Source: Eledone cirrhosa
Taxonomy: Eukaryota
Length of the DNA: 64,000 bases
Assembly: GCA_964016885.1 (NCBI GenBank)
Contig: OZ024742.1
Coordinates: 228,718,001 to 228,782,000, forward strand
Reading direction: 5' to 3'
Of this stretch, positions 26,165 through 40,247 are shown piece after piece. The notes under the pieces were generated by a model. The model saw only the letters and a program-made list of their open reading frames with translations, had not been told where the DNA came from and ran no database searches. The translations under genes and the position numbers were made by a program. Positions within the stretch are counted from its first letter, which is position 1. Each line of letters begins with the position of its first letter.

Positions 26165-27962
26165 AAGAATGAGAAATAAAGTAGATTGAGGGGACGGGCG
26201 GTATGGAATTGGAAAAAATGTGTTTAGATAAAAATAACAGGTCCATTCATGTTGACATCTCTTGGAAAACTGTTGATGCTGGCGTTTTGTGTATGATTTA
26301 TTATTTTGAAAAATGGATGATGGCGGGCGTCTACCTGAAAGAAAAACGTTTGGTAAAAAGAGCTATACTTGAGCACGTGCGTAAGCATGTGTGTGTGTGT
26401 GTCTGCGCGTGTGCGCGTGTGTGCGTGTGTGCGTGTGGGCGTGTGCGCGCGTGCGTGTGCGTGTGTGTGTATGTGTTATTATAGGTTCGTACGAAGCCAA
26501 GAAGAAATGTGTGTGTATATGTGAAGTATATAAATGAGTGCGTGTGCATGTAAGTACGAAGACTTGTTCACTGGATAAATATGCACACCTTAGGATTATT
26601 TTAGATATTTATAATTTAGATTCGGATCTATATTTATCTGTCTCTGTTTTAAATATATAATTTGGATATTTAACTTGTAAAATTACTGGCTATAATTGAA
26701 CTGTAGATCATTCATGCATTTGCATATTTTACTCATTTTGGGTATGTTTTGGGGACTCAGAAAGTTAGATTTGCACTTATATATTTTTATATATATCTAG
26801 GTATAAATATAACAAACCATACTAGTCGACAAATATTGGTCTCTCTCTCCACTGAACTGGAGGTAAAACTACAATTATAGCATTATTAATAATGATTGTA
26901 ATTATTTATTTATTAAATATATATCGTTTCATTAATACCTATAATACTCTCTCTATATAGTTGTACAAATATGTTTATCTAGTGTAATAACATACTCGTA
27001 GTTACATTTATAAATAATTTAGATACTCAAATGACTCTCTATTGTTATAAGTGTTAGATATTCCCTGGATGTTCGAAATTTTATAATGATTATTACTTCG
27101 GCTTTTTCATGTCTTTAGCTCCCTCTTTCTATCACATTCGCTGGACATTTTAGAAGTATCTTTTGTCTACTATATATTAAAACCCTATTACATTTCAAAC
27201 TATATTTTTAATATTGGGTATTTTTAAGTTTCGCAAACAATTCATTATTTTTCACTTTTTCTTTTTATATTTATTTTGTATCTTGCCCTTATCGTTAGGA
27301 CTCATGTAGTTTTGACTTATATATTTATAGTATATATCAACTAAATGATCCTTTTACAATCATTGATATAAAACATTAATTTTTAACAATATTTTTTTAA
27401 CAATATTTTCAGTAACTTATTTACTATATTGTATTATTGTATTATGTTATGTATATTTGAAAGGTATCATCTTAAGGCTTTAGACAATATAATCCTTGTA
27501 TATTTTTGATTAACACATATATGTAATTTAAAATTCAGACTTCTTTAAGTTTAATTATAAGGCTTGTTGATCCTTTAGGCACTCAAATTGTTAATCATAA
27601 ATTCTTTAATAATTATAACTGTAATTATTTTATAAATTATATTATATAAACTGTTGTCAATATTATAAATAATTTTAGTAAAGTTTACCTTCGTGAGGTT
27701 ATAAAAACGATATATTTTCTTTCTCGTGTTTGTAAATCCTTTAAATTTGATTTCATAAAATTTGAATTTTAGAAATTAAACTTGATAGTATACTTTAATA
27801 TTAATACAGATACCTATTAACTTTTAAAACCTAAAATATTATTCATTACTCTGAACTAACTTAAATTAAATATTTTGAATGTTAATGGTCAACCAAATAA
27901 GTTTAGATATATATTGTATATATGGATAATTGTCTAAAAACTTGAACATAAATTATTCCCCT

Positions 27963-28041
<79 letters not shown>

Positions 28042-28335
28042 TCATCTCTCTTTTGTCTTTCAAGGCACCTACTAACTATATTATCCCATCAGCTGTTTCT
28101 TCCTCTATGCTTTCCTTTCTTTCCTCTTTTTACAGTAATTTAAATTTTTTAACGGTTATATTGATGCCACGTATCTTTTTAAGCTGTATTAAACGCACCC
28201 TCTCTATTGTATGTATTATATATTTTTCTCATGTTCTCAATATTAAGGTATAAATATTGAGTTTTGTCATATATTACTCACTACCATGACTGAATCTTAA
28301 CCATCTACTATGTCAGCGTATGTCATGCATCATCT

Positions 28336-28402
28336 TATTTTATCTGATGAGGACGTACTGTTGAACCTAACTCAGTATCTCTGAAATATGTATAATAAAA
28401 TA
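28336..28402 (+). ncRNA. Type I HHR ending an AT-rich putative PLE 3'UTR (~26570-28448)
   Basis: tattttat CTGATGA ggacgtactg..cagtatctct GAAA tatgta TA ataaaata. Stem I is identical to the 21159 HHR; stem II differs. Confidence 0.75.
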
Positions 28403-28442
28403 TACTTGATCACAAGAATATCTATTTTGTTAATATTTTGCA

Positions 28443-28506
<64 letters not shown>

Positions 28507-28629
28507 GGAGGTGAGTTTTATTGTAGTACAATAAAGCAATGCAGATATCGGATAAGAAGCACTCTACAGTTTGTGGGACTGGAGTATGCATAATATAAGA
28601 TCAAAAGATGGTTAAAGGAGTTCCATATA

Positions 28630-28696
28630 TTTTATTATGCGCATTTCAAAAACAAACATCATCAAGCAATAATATTTGTGTTTTCATCAGATAAAA
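28630..28696 (-). ncRNA. Type I HHR (left arm)
   Basis: Minus strand: ttttat CTGATGA aaacacaaatattattgcttgatgatgtttgttttt GAAA tgcgca TA ataaaa. Confidence 0.85.
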
Positions 28697-30251
28697 CAGG
28701 AGAACATGATATGAAGGCTAAAAAACACTTGTTGATAGTGCAGTTTTAAATCAACATATGAAAAGTGGTTTTAGATTGATGTGTGATATTGGGAAAAATA
28801 TTTTATTTAGAGAGGGGGGGGGGAAGGATGAAAAGTGAAGGAGATGAGAGGGAGAGATGGGTGATAGAGAGAAAGAGATAGTTTTTATAACTGAGAGGAG
28901 ATATATTTTTTACATAGAGGGGTTGAAAACCGTTGGAAGATACTGTATAAATTAAAAATTTTGAAAATTAACGAAGGGAGGATATGTGCGAGGAAAAAAT
29001 ATTTTATTTAGGGAGGGGGGTGGGGGGTGGAAAGGATGAAAAAAAAAGGGGGGGGAGATGAGAGTGAAGGTGGAGAGGGAGAGATGGGTGATAGAGAGAA
29101 AGAGATAGTTTTTATAACTGAGAAAAAGATATATTGTTTTAATATAGAGAGGTTGGGAACCGTTGGAAGATAATGTATAAATTAAAGGAATTTGAAAATT
29201 AACGAAGGGAAATTATGTATGAAGATAGAGAGAAAAAAATAATAATTGTGGGTGAATATTCTAACGTCAAAAGAAGAAATGTATGTATTGTGGCAATTTC
29301 AAAATTAGCGAAGAGAAAAGTTGTTATGGTTTGTGTGTAGAAGGATTTGAGAAAAATAATGTGAAGTTAAAGTTTGTATATTGAATTGATATGTATTAAT
29401 AATGAGTTCGTTGATGGGGAGAAAAAAATAATAATAAATTAAGGATGAAATTGAGATTAAAAAGATTTATGATAGAGAGAAAAAATAATAATGATTGCGG
29501 ATGAATATTCAAAATGTCAAAAACAAATGTTATTATTTTACGAGAAGATAGAATGAGGGTAATGAGTAAACGAGTATTATAGAGTGTATAATGCCCTTTA
29601 AAGTAAGGTAAGGTAGATGGGTATATTTTAAAGAGGTGTATGTATATGTGCCTTTGAGAAAAGATTCTAAATTGATAAAGAATTGAATATTAACTGTATA
29701 CTTTGTGAAAAGTTCTATGGAATTTATGCAGGCAGATAGAAAACAAATCTGAGCGTCTATTTATTATGGATTCTAGGTTAGAGATAATGGTAAATTTTTC
29801 ATTTAGGCAGAGATTACAGATTTTAGATAGAGAGCTGTTCAAGTATGAGGATGCAGAAGAAATCTTTTTCCAAAAGATGTTATATTTAATGTTTTTGTCT
29901 TTTAAGGACCATATGATTTCTGAGAGAGCAGTGTTAGTTCTTTTAAGTTTGTATTTGAAAGATAAATGATGATTATAGAGACGAGCTTTAAAAGAGGTGG
30001 AAGTGGAGCCAAAATAGGTGAAGGAATTGGTGCTAGTTATAATTTTACATTCATAAATTAAGTTTTTATCGAGACAATGGTTGTTGAGAGGACATTTATT
30101 TTTGATGCGGCAGTTGCAATTAGAGAGATTATTAATGAGTGATCTAGTGTTATCTATAGAAGGAATTGGATTGGAGAAGTTGTTTGCGATATGAATAATA
30201 GGAATAATAGTTTCTTGATTTAGAGTTGGATTATGAACATTTAGCGAAGTT

Positions 30252-31413
30252 ATTTTTTTACCATAAAAACAATGAGAATCTTAATTATGTTAACTTTAAA
30301 TCTAACCATCCTACCAATATCAAGAATGCTATAGTTAATAATATTGGAAATAGAATATCTAACATATCTTCTAATAAAAACATCTTTGATGCTAACGCCA
30401 ATTACTATAATAACGCACTTTCTAAAGCCGGCTATCCAGATAAAATCAAATATAATAAAGAAACAAATTCTAGGAAAACTTACAGTAAAATAATTAATCA
30501 TGACCATTCCAATAATTTTAATAAAAGACCTAGATACAAAAACATAATCTGGTATAATGCTCCTTTCTCCATCTCTATTAATAACAATATTCCTAAATTA
30601 TTTTTTAGTGCCTTAAATAAATGCTTCCCTCCCTCACATATCTATAGTAAAATATTTAACAAACATACCATCAAATTTTCGTATTCTACATCCTCCAATA
30701 TTTCCAACATCATCTCTAAACACAACAACAAAATATTAAATACTAAATCTCTTCCTTCCAATATCGAATTTCATAATAACAGTAATAGTACTCCCGACGT
30801 CATTGTAAACCCTAGGCTAACTTCTGTAAACCCAAATACAACGTCAAACACAACTTCGCTAAATGTTCATAATCCAACTCTAAATCAAGAAACTATTATT
30901 CCTATTATTCCTATCGCAAACAACTTCTCCAATCCAATTCCTTCTATAGATAACACTAGATCACTCATTAATAATCTCTCTAATTGCAACTGCCGCATCA
31001 AAAATAAATGTCCTCTCAACAACCATTGCCTCGATAAAAACTTAATTTATGAATGTAAAATTATAACTAGCACCAATTCCTTCACCTATTTTGGCTCCAC
31101 TTCCACCTCTTTTAAAGCTCGTCTCTATAATCATCATTCATCTTTCAAATACAAACTTAAAAGAACTAACACTGCTCTCTCAGAACTCATATGGTCCTTA
31201 AAAGACAAAAACATTAAATATAACATCTTTTGGAAAAAGATTTCTTCTGCATCCTCATACTTGAACAGCTCTCTATCTAAAATCTGTAATCTCTGCCTAA
31301 ATGAAAAATTTACCATTATCTCTAACCTAGAATCCATAATAAATAGACGCTCAGATTTGTTTTCTATCTGCCTGCATAAATTCCATAGAACTTTTCACAA
31401 AGTATACAGTTAA
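30252..31413 (+). pseudogene. 5'-truncated PLE ORF: RT thumb, linker and uninterrupted GIY-YIG endonuclease with Cys/His motifs
   Basis: YVNFKSNHP, IIWYNAPFS, CNCRIKNKCPL..CL..LIYEC..YFGST..FKARLYNH..LSELIW..CNLCLNEK..DLFSICLH. The listed start at 30226 lies in the inverted arm and is artefactual. Confidence 0.9.
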
Positions 31414-32401
31414 TATTCAATTCTTTATCAATTTAGAATCTTTTCTCAAAGGCACATATACATACACCTCTTTAAAATATACCCATCTACCTTACCTTAC
31501 TTTAAAGGGCATTATACACTCTATAATACTCGTTTACTCATTACCCTCATTCTATCTTCTCGTAAAATAATAACATTTGTTTTTGACATTTTGAATATTC
31601 ATCCGCAATCATTATTATTTTTTCTCTCTATCATAAATCTTTTTAATCTCAATTTCATCCTTAATTTATTATTATTTTTTTCTCCCCATCAACGAACTCA
31701 TTATTAATACATATCAATTCAATATACAAACTTTAACTTCACATTATTTTTCTCAAATCCTTCTACACACAAACCATAACAACTTTTCTCTTCGCTAATT
31801 TTGAAATTGCCACAATACATACATTTCTTCTTTTGACGTTAGAATATTCACCCACAATTATTATTTTTTTCTCTCTATCTTCATACATAATTTCCCTTCG
31901 TTAATTTTCAAATTCCTTTAATTTATACATTATCTTCCAACGGTTCCCAACCTCTCTATATTAAAACAATATATCTTTTTCTCAGTTATAAAAACTATCT
32001 CTTTCTCTCTATCACCCATCTCTCCCTCTCCACCTTCACTCTCATCTCCCCCCCCCTTTTTTTTCATCCTTTCCACCCCCCCTCCCTAAATAAAATATTT
32101 TTTCCTCGCACATATCCTCCCTTCGTTAATTTTCAAAATTTTTAATTCATACATTATCTTCCAACGGTTTTCAACCCCTCTATGTAAAAAATATATCTCC
32201 TCTCAGTTATAAAAACTATCTCTTTCTCTCTATCACCCATCTCTCCCTCTCATCTCCTTCCCTTTTCATCCTCCCCCCCCCCCCTCTCTAAATAAAATAT
32301 TTTTCCCAATATCACACATCAATCTAAAACCACTTTTCATATGTTGATTTAAAACTGCACTATCAACAAGTGTTTTTTAGCCTTCATATCATGTTCTCCT
32401 G

Positions 32402-32468
32402 TTTTATCTGATGAAAACACAAATATTATTGCTTGATGATGTTTATTTTTGAAATGCGCATAATAAAA
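32402..32468 (+). ncRNA. Type I HHR (right arm)
   Basis: ttttat CTGATGA(32408) ... GAAA(32451) tgcgca TA ataaaa. Confidence 0.85.
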
Positions 32469-32500
32469 TATATGGAACTCCTTTAACCATCTTTTGATCT

Positions 32501-32545
<45 letters not shown>

Positions 32546-32717
32546 ATGTGTGTGTGTGTGTGTGTGGAGGTTACCTAAGTTATCAAGAAATATGTATGAA
32601 CGTTACCCTAAGGAATTACCGCTTTAATATAATAGTAGCTTAAAAGAATACGTATAAAAATGTTTTGTGTTTGAGTCTTTGAATACAAATAACTATCTAC
32701 TATTCTAGCTCCCACAC

Positions 32718-32784
<67 letters not shown>

Positions 32785-33272
32785 ACACACACACACATAA
32801 ATGTGTGTTTGTGTACATGTGTGTATGCATAGGCGTGTTCCACCTATGTAATAAATTATTTTATATTTTATGTGTATATATATATATATACTCTCTCTCT
32901 CTATATATATGTGTGTGTATATATATATATGTATAAGTCTGTGTGTAGTGAAAATAACAAGCATGACGCAATATATGTTTGCACACACACACACACACAG
33001 TCACACACACACACTTAAATATATATATAAACCTGCATATGCAAAATATAATATTTTTGCCAATGTATTCCCACATTTTCAGAACGGCTGTGCTGTCCCC
33101 TGGTGTTCCTTTCGTTAAGTTTGCAAATAATTGTATAAAAACAACACAATATACATATGTATTGCGATGACACACATACACAGACACACACACACACACA
33201 CACACAACACACACACACACATACACATATGTATCAATGTATGTATGTATGTTGTATGTATCTCTCTCTCTC

Positions 33273-33388
<116 letters not shown>

Positions 33389-33524
33389 ATGTAGAGATAG
33401 AGAGAGAGAGAGAGGGAGAGAGTGTGAGCGACAGAGAGGGAATTAGATACAATATATTCTTAATTACATGTGCATATATACATGAATGTATGTAGGTATG
33501 TATATATAAATATATATATATATT

Positions 33525-33724
33525 AAATAAAAAAATTGTTATACATATAAATGTAATTTGAGTTTTTCGAATATCAATAATAATATTCGATTTGTTTGCA
33601 ATTATGTAAACAGCCTCATTTTTAAAGCCATGTCAGTAGAATGAGCCCCTCATTCTTGCTCTTATTATTAATATTCGAAAAACTCAGTTTACATTTATTG
33701 TATTCAGCCATAATTTTGTTTTAG

Positions 33725-33726
<2 letters not shown>
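33525..33726. repeat. Short degraded inverted repeat between (TA)n tracts
   Basis: ataaatgtaatttgagtttttcgaatatcaataataa / ttattattaatattcgaaaaactcagtttacatttat. Confidence 0.7.
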
Positions 33727-33777
<51 letters not shown>

Positions 33778-33782
<5 letters not shown>

Positions 33783-33956
33783 TAATAAAAATAATGAATA
33801 AAAACAAAGAAACAGTTCCTTATATTAAAAAATTCATCATTTTACGATCGTTTCTAGGATATATATGTTTGTGTTGGTATGTATATCATATAGATCTATG
33901 TAAAATTTTTACAAACTATCAGACACTACCGTACATTTTGGTAGATTTATCTACAT
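33778..33956. mobile_element. PLE-terminus family J fragment (tail-less minus arm joined to tail tip); related to 51722-51868 and 61034-61615
   Basis: Contains the reverse of GAAA cgatcg TA; the last ~35 nt match the reverse of 61034-61068. Confidence 0.7.
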
Positions 33957-34769
33957 ATATATATATATATATATATACATACACATATGTATGTTTATAC
34001 GTCTTTACACACACACACTCATCTGTATATATATACTAACATTTGTTGATACACTCCATACCTCGTCCGTATTTCAATCATGCCAGGCTCAGTTTCAAGA
34101 GCTGGATTGCTTTACCAATTGAATATCTACTTTATATTACCATGGGTTAAATTATTAACTGTTTCTCAAAGAACATACATTAAACTCTATATTTTATCAA
34201 TAACATATATAGAATCCCTTCTATATTCTTATAGCGACTATTCAGAAATATTTGGCACTATTTCTTCTGATTCAGCTTTGTTTTTCATTCTTCCAGAGTT
34301 GAAAGACTAAAGTGCCAGTGAAGTACTGGGGGCGAGATAACCCACTTTCTCTCTCCTAAATTTGCTGGCTGTGTGCCTGAATTGATAACCATTATTTGTT
34401 CCAAGATTTGAGATGAAATATATTGTCAAGCATCTAGTAACCATAAACAACGTCTTTCAATTCGGGGAAGTTACGAAAAGATTCAACAAAGGAAACATTC
34501 AATTCCCTCACAGCTGTCTTTGATTTTCACATTTCTCATATTTGTATTTCTTTTACTTCTTTCTTCGTTTTTACTTCACAATTATAAGAGATATTAGAAA
34601 TATTTATTACTCTACCATGGCTTACCGCCTCTACGTGGACGTTTAGATTGACTAAATACCCCAGAATTGGGAGATCCCAGCTCCGATATTACGGGCATGT
34701 GGTCAGAATGTCTCAGGCAAGAATGGATGGACAGATATTACGTGCAAGACCCCGAGCAAGATGGTTGAA

Positions 34770-34955
34770 TAATTGTTTCTATTTTTGGCCCAAGGCCAGC
34801 AAATACCCAGTACATTACTGGTACTTCATTTTATCGACCCTGTAAGGAGGAAAGGCAAAGTTAACCTCGGCGGGATTTGAACTCAGAATGTAAAGAGACG
34901 TAACTATGCTGGAAAGCATGGCGTCCGACTCTCTACCGATACTGCCGATCCACCC
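34770..34955 (-). mobile_element. SINE family 1
   Basis: Reverse head (actctctaccgatactgcc), B-box and core. Confidence 0.85.
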
Positions 34956-35452
34956 CTCCTTTGAATAATATGCATGAGATCGGCTTGTTTCACTTGGGAA
35001 TCCAGCCGGATTAATAGGAGACAGTTGCTACTGACAGGACTCGACGGAAGGAGTGTTTGAGCACACTCCTCGCATGACTCTCTCAGCAATATGTTGTCGA
35101 AGAAGAAGAATTAACTAAACACTGATAACCACTACGCTATATATTTTATGTTTACCTTTATTTAAGTTTCTAAACATGAACGTATCCATTTGAGGATCGA
35201 ATCATGTGCGTTGCTCTCACCACGTACATTCATAAATATCCACTTCTGTCGAATTGTTTACAATTGTTTCAATCATCTCATGTTATAAGAGTTCTCCCCC
35301 TTATATGTTTCTCAGGAACTGAATACCTCTAACATAAACTACAGTCCTGAAATTGCAAAGATAGTCTCAGTTGATTGAAATCTTTTGCAATTCACCATAT
35401 CCAGAATGGGAGATTCTGTCTGTTTATTTAGTTATCCGCCTGTCTCTATTCC

Positions 35453-35486
<34 letters not shown>

Positions 35487-35805
35487 AATAATGGAGCTGC
35501 GGCGTTGCAAATGGGTTACATATGAACAAGTTTGTCCTTCATCAGTGGTCTTCCAACCGTCATAGGCATTTCATCGCTTTAAAGACCATATACCTCAGGT
35601 TGGTGCGAGCAACGGCTAAAAAAAGTCGTTGGGACACGTAAATAAAGGGGACGCTAGGGTAAACAAACAAAATGGTTTAAGCAACAGAAAGTGATGAAGA
35701 AAGAGACAAGTCCCAGATTTCTATGAATATAAATTCGGTGAAATCGTGAACGAGAGAATAAAGACCATCAAACCTGGTTGAAATGTGAGCAAGGAAGGAA
35801 TTTCG

Positions 35806-35861
<56 letters not shown>

Positions 35862-35864
<3 letters not shown>

Positions 35865-36441
35865 CAAATTAGTTAACGGAGTTAAAAAGTCACATTAATC
35901 CTCTATAATTTAGGGAGCTCAAGGAATATATATTCCGGGCTCTTTATAAATCAACATATAGAGAGCAGTACACATAGAGATATGTGTTCAATCATAGGGG
36001 ATCAAAAACCACCAGAGTGACAAACATATTACCTACGGAAGAAATGGTGAATATAAATCAATAAAAAGAATATATTAAAGTATACTAACCATCCGATTAT
36101 AACTACCGATTATAACACCCGGACACGCCCAGGGCTATACAATGCGCATGTCTTTCTTCTGTACCCTGCGTGTTTTCTTAGTTATCAGATATATTTTTAT
36201 AGTGTTGATCATATTGCTAAGCACCCGATGATGAGCTACATCTAACATGTATTCTTCACTTATTATAGCGAAACATACTCTAATTTGAGCATGTTCAGGT
36301 GTTATAGTTATTATTGAATGGTTAGTATACTTTAATATATTCTTTTTATTGATTTATATTCCCCATTCCTTCCGTAGTTAATATGTTCGGCACTCTGGTG
36401 ATTTTTGATCCCCTATGATTGAATACATATCTCTATGTGTA

Positions 36442-36443
<2 letters not shown>
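35862..36443. mobile_element. Fold-back insert, arms ~35958-36128 / ~36288-36443 plus tail 35862-35957, degenerate HHR at 36221-36302
   Basis: Mirror arms. gcacccg ATGATGA gcta..tagc GAAA catactc..gagcatg TT caggtgt; the other arm reads GTC cgggtgt, a fully paired stem I partner. Confidence 0.72.
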
Positions 36444-36531
<88 letters not shown>

Positions 36532-36790
36532 TATATATATCACTTTGTGAAGGCGCGTGGCTGAGTGGTTAGAGAATTGGATTCGATTGTGAGGTTGTGC
36601 GTTCGATTCACGGACCAGGCGATGTGTTATGTCCTTGAGCAAGACACTTTATTTCACGTTGCTCCTTCTACCTGGAGTTGCGACCGATAGATAGTATTAG
36701 CAATTGGAAAGACCAATGGAAACATTGTTTCCTCGGTCTGATTTGACAAAAGTCGATCGACTGTCGATATATCCCTGCCTGTCTCTCCCG

Positions 36791-36830
<40 letters not shown>

Positions 36831-37249
36831 ACAGGCACACACACATATATATATACACATATATATATACACCCCCACAAACACACATTCATAGAGACAT
36901 GAACAGTTATATCTATATATAACTATATCTTCCAGTCTCTCTATATAAACAATGCATATGTATGCAGAAATATTTCTTCAGAAGAATATCTCAAGAGAGT
37001 AAAAAACTACTCAATATAAAAGCCTGTAGTTTAAAACCAAAACATCTTTATTTCCTGTTTCAAATATTCTCATTATATTTTATTTTCTATTCTTTTGTCA
37101 ACAGTCCTGAAGCAAAAAAGTCTTCTTCTTCTTCTTCTTCTTCTTCTCTCTCGCCCTCCTCCTCCTCATTCTTCTTCTTCTTCTTCTTCTTCTACCCTTA
37201 AATTAGCATAAACGTACTTACACACAAACACACACACAAACACACACAA

Positions 37250-37280
<31 letters not shown>

Positions 37281-37469
37281 GTGTGACTTTTTATTACGAC
37301 CGCACAACTTACCGCGCTTGCTCAAGGATTTAAAAAGATAATTTTGTAGCATCTAACATATTAAAGTTTTCATAGCTAAGGATTAGTGTTTCTATGTCCT
37401 AGATACATTTGATAATAGAGAATAAGTGCTTTTGTCAAGCAAGACTATGAAACTGCTAATTTCTTAATA

Positions 37470-37687
37470 ATGGCTTCTTATATAGGCACAAGGCCATCCA
37501 TTTTGGGGGAGGGGAATATCGATTAAATCGACCCTAGTGCGTGACTGCTATTTTATTTTATCCACCCCGTAAGGATGAAAGGCAAAGTTAATCTCGGCAG
37601 CATTTGAACTCAGATCATAAAGGGCCGCAACTCTATGCTACAAAGCATGGCGTCCGACTCTCTACCGATACTGCCAATCCAACGCCC
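37470..37687 (-). mobile_element. SINE family 1, full length
   Basis: Reverse head, B-box, core and tail. Confidence 0.88.
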
Positions 37688-37943
37688 TTGGAAATTCAAA
37701 TAGTACAATGTATTATATATTTGGATGGGACCACCCATGTGAACTCGCATATCTGAAGAAGTGTCAATTAAGAGTCGGGACCTAATCGCCTAATCAAACC
37801 CGAGCTGATCGATATCGAAACAATTGTAATATGCAATAAAGTTTCATAACAAGCTGCAAATCTGATTTCTTATTCTCTCTTATTCTCCCCCCCCTCTCTA
37901 TCTGCCCCCCCCTCTCTCTCCCCTCCCTCCCTCTCTCTCTCTC

Positions 37944-38000
<57 letters not shown>

Positions 38001-38003
<3 letters not shown>

Positions 38004-38320
38004 GAAGGAAATGTGGTAAGGAACCAGGTGGACCATAACGCACCAAAGTACTCAATACTTAGGGTAGTAGAGTGGGTAATAGGAACAAGTAAGACCCCGA
38101 CGGCTGAGCTCAGCCGTCGGGGTCTTAGTTAATCCTATATATATATATATATATATATATAGGCCGTTTCGACAGCTAGATCCGTTCGGATCTAGCTGTT
38201 GAAATGGCCGGAGCTAAGCTGTCGGGATCTTGACTCTTTTCCTATTACTCACTCTACTACCCTAAGTATCGAGTACTCTGGTGCGTTATGGTCCACCTGG
38301 TTCCTTACCACACTTTGTTA
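38001..38320. mobile_element. Fold-back family D copy 3 (38001-38137) and variant subfamily copy (38162-38320)
   Basis: Copy 3 folds at tgag|ctca; the variant folds at gatccg tt cggatc. Confidence 0.8.
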
Positions 38321-38325
38321 TATAC

Positions 38326-38359
<34 letters not shown>

Positions 38360-38778
38360 ATGTGTGTGTGTGTGTGTACATATACATATATACGTATATA
38401 ATAATTCAAATGGCTTGGCTTGTCACGCAGTTTTACGCTGAATCTCCCTGCGAATTACGTGTCTTTGGATTGCTCTGTTATATACAATATAAGATAAGTT
38501 GGATTATATCTGTATGAGTTTTCGACGGATTGGTATTAAACAAGTAAAACTACTTTAATCAATTTTGTTTATATTTCTAACAAAATATTGGTGTGGCATT
38601 TTTAATATCTTGTCACGTTTTCTTGTTTCCTTGTTTAAGTTGACGTTTGTTTTCTTCACTAGTATCTTAACTTCCTGAGTTTCTATATTGGTGATAACTA
38701 TTTGTCACCATATTAATTGAAAAGACAGGCAAACAGACATTGTATGTATGTATGTATGTATGTATGTATGTATGTATG

Positions 38779-38809
<31 letters not shown>

Positions 38810-38815
38810 GTGTGC

Positions 38816-38855
<40 letters not shown>

Positions 38856-39078
38856 ATCTATGAAGAGATATATGTATATATGCATTTATGTTTATGTATA
38901 GATATATATATATATACATATATGTATATATATATATATATATGTACTTATGCATGTATATGCATGTATATATATATGTATATATATATGTATGTATATA
39001 CATATATATTTATATATATATATGTATACATATGTATATATATATATATATATACTCTTATATATATGTATATATGGA

Positions 39079-39114
<36 letters not shown>

Positions 39115-39206
39115 TAAATATGTACATATATGTACATATATATGTATATGTTTATGTACGTTTATGTATATATATGTGTATATATATATATGTATATATA
39201 TATATA

Positions 39207-39289
<83 letters not shown>

Positions 39290-39568
39290 TCACATATACA
39301 TATACACCAAACTCAATGTAAAAAAAAACATTTTAGTTCAAGACAAACATGGAAATAAAAAAGATTAAATCAAGATATTAAAACATGTTATATTGAAAGG
39401 TAAAAGAGATTACACACATGTCAGGAGTTTAAACAAACTAAATTGATTTGATATCACAGGAAATAATATAATGATGTCGTTGAATTGAAAACAAGTTTCA
39501 GCAGAAATGGTTTATTCGTATCTTCAACCTTACGACCTTTTGTAATAATTTATTACAAAAGGTGTGAA

Positions 39569-39634
<66 letters not shown>

Positions 39635-39636
<2 letters not shown>

Positions 39637-39808
39637 GGAACCAGTAAGACCCCGACGGCTGAGCTCAAGCCGTTTCGACGGCTAATTCTGGACTAAAAAA
39701 ATCTCAGGCGTCGGGGTCTTACTGGTTCCTATTACCCACTCTACTACCCCAAGTATTGAGTACTTTGGTGCGTTATGGTCCACCTGGTTCCTTACCACAT
39801 TTCCTTCG

Positions 39809-39810
<2 letters not shown>
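39635..39810. mobile_element. Fold-back family D, copy 5 (opposite orientation)
   Basis: Starts taggaaccagtaagacccc and ends with tail ...catttccttcgtt(TA)n. Confidence 0.85.
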
Positions 39811-39856
<46 letters not shown>

Positions 39857-39879
39857 TAAGTCTTCAAATTTATTATTAT

Positions 39880-39918
<39 letters not shown>

Positions 39919-39925
39919 GTGTAAG

Positions 39926-40125
39926 CTATCGCCGTATTTTGACTAAAGAAATTAAAGAAATTATTTAGCCTGATAGTGGGGTTAAGAACCCTCGGAGAAA
40001 TGGAAAAAGATGAGTATTGACGTACATGTACATGTACTCATCTTTTTCCATTTCTCCGAGGGTTCTTAACCCCACTATCAGGCAAAATAATTTCTTTAAT
40101 TTCTTTAGTCAAAATACGGCGATAG
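39926..40125. repeat. Near-perfect 91-bp-arm hairpin (39926-40016 / 40035-40125); fragment at 24580-24632
   Basis: Direct mirror reading. Confidence 0.88.
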
Positions 40126-40247
40126 ATTACATTTCTAATAATTTCAAACCCATTCGCTGTTTCGAAAATATTCTTACATATATATATATATATATATACA
40201 TACATTTAAAAATATTATATACACATAAATGTATATATATGTATATA

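Larger units (their letters stand above)
28503..32507. mobile_element. Penelope-like element forming a ~1.66-kb inverted repeat (28591-30251 vs 30852-32507) with tail 28503-28590
   Basis: Near-identical mirror arms, each with a GIY-YIG region and an HHR, and (TA)n at both outer ends. Confidence 0.93.

Noticed and set aside
30252-31413. Selenocysteine recoding as reported for some Naiad PLEs
   Set aside because: No in-frame TGA at Cys positions; the endonuclease frame is open with ordinary Cys codons.
28503-32507. Inverted repeats as assembly fold-back artefacts
   Set aside because: The arms differ by substitutions and indels and follow family-specific tail boundaries seen in independent copies. 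Read-level confirmation is still advisable.
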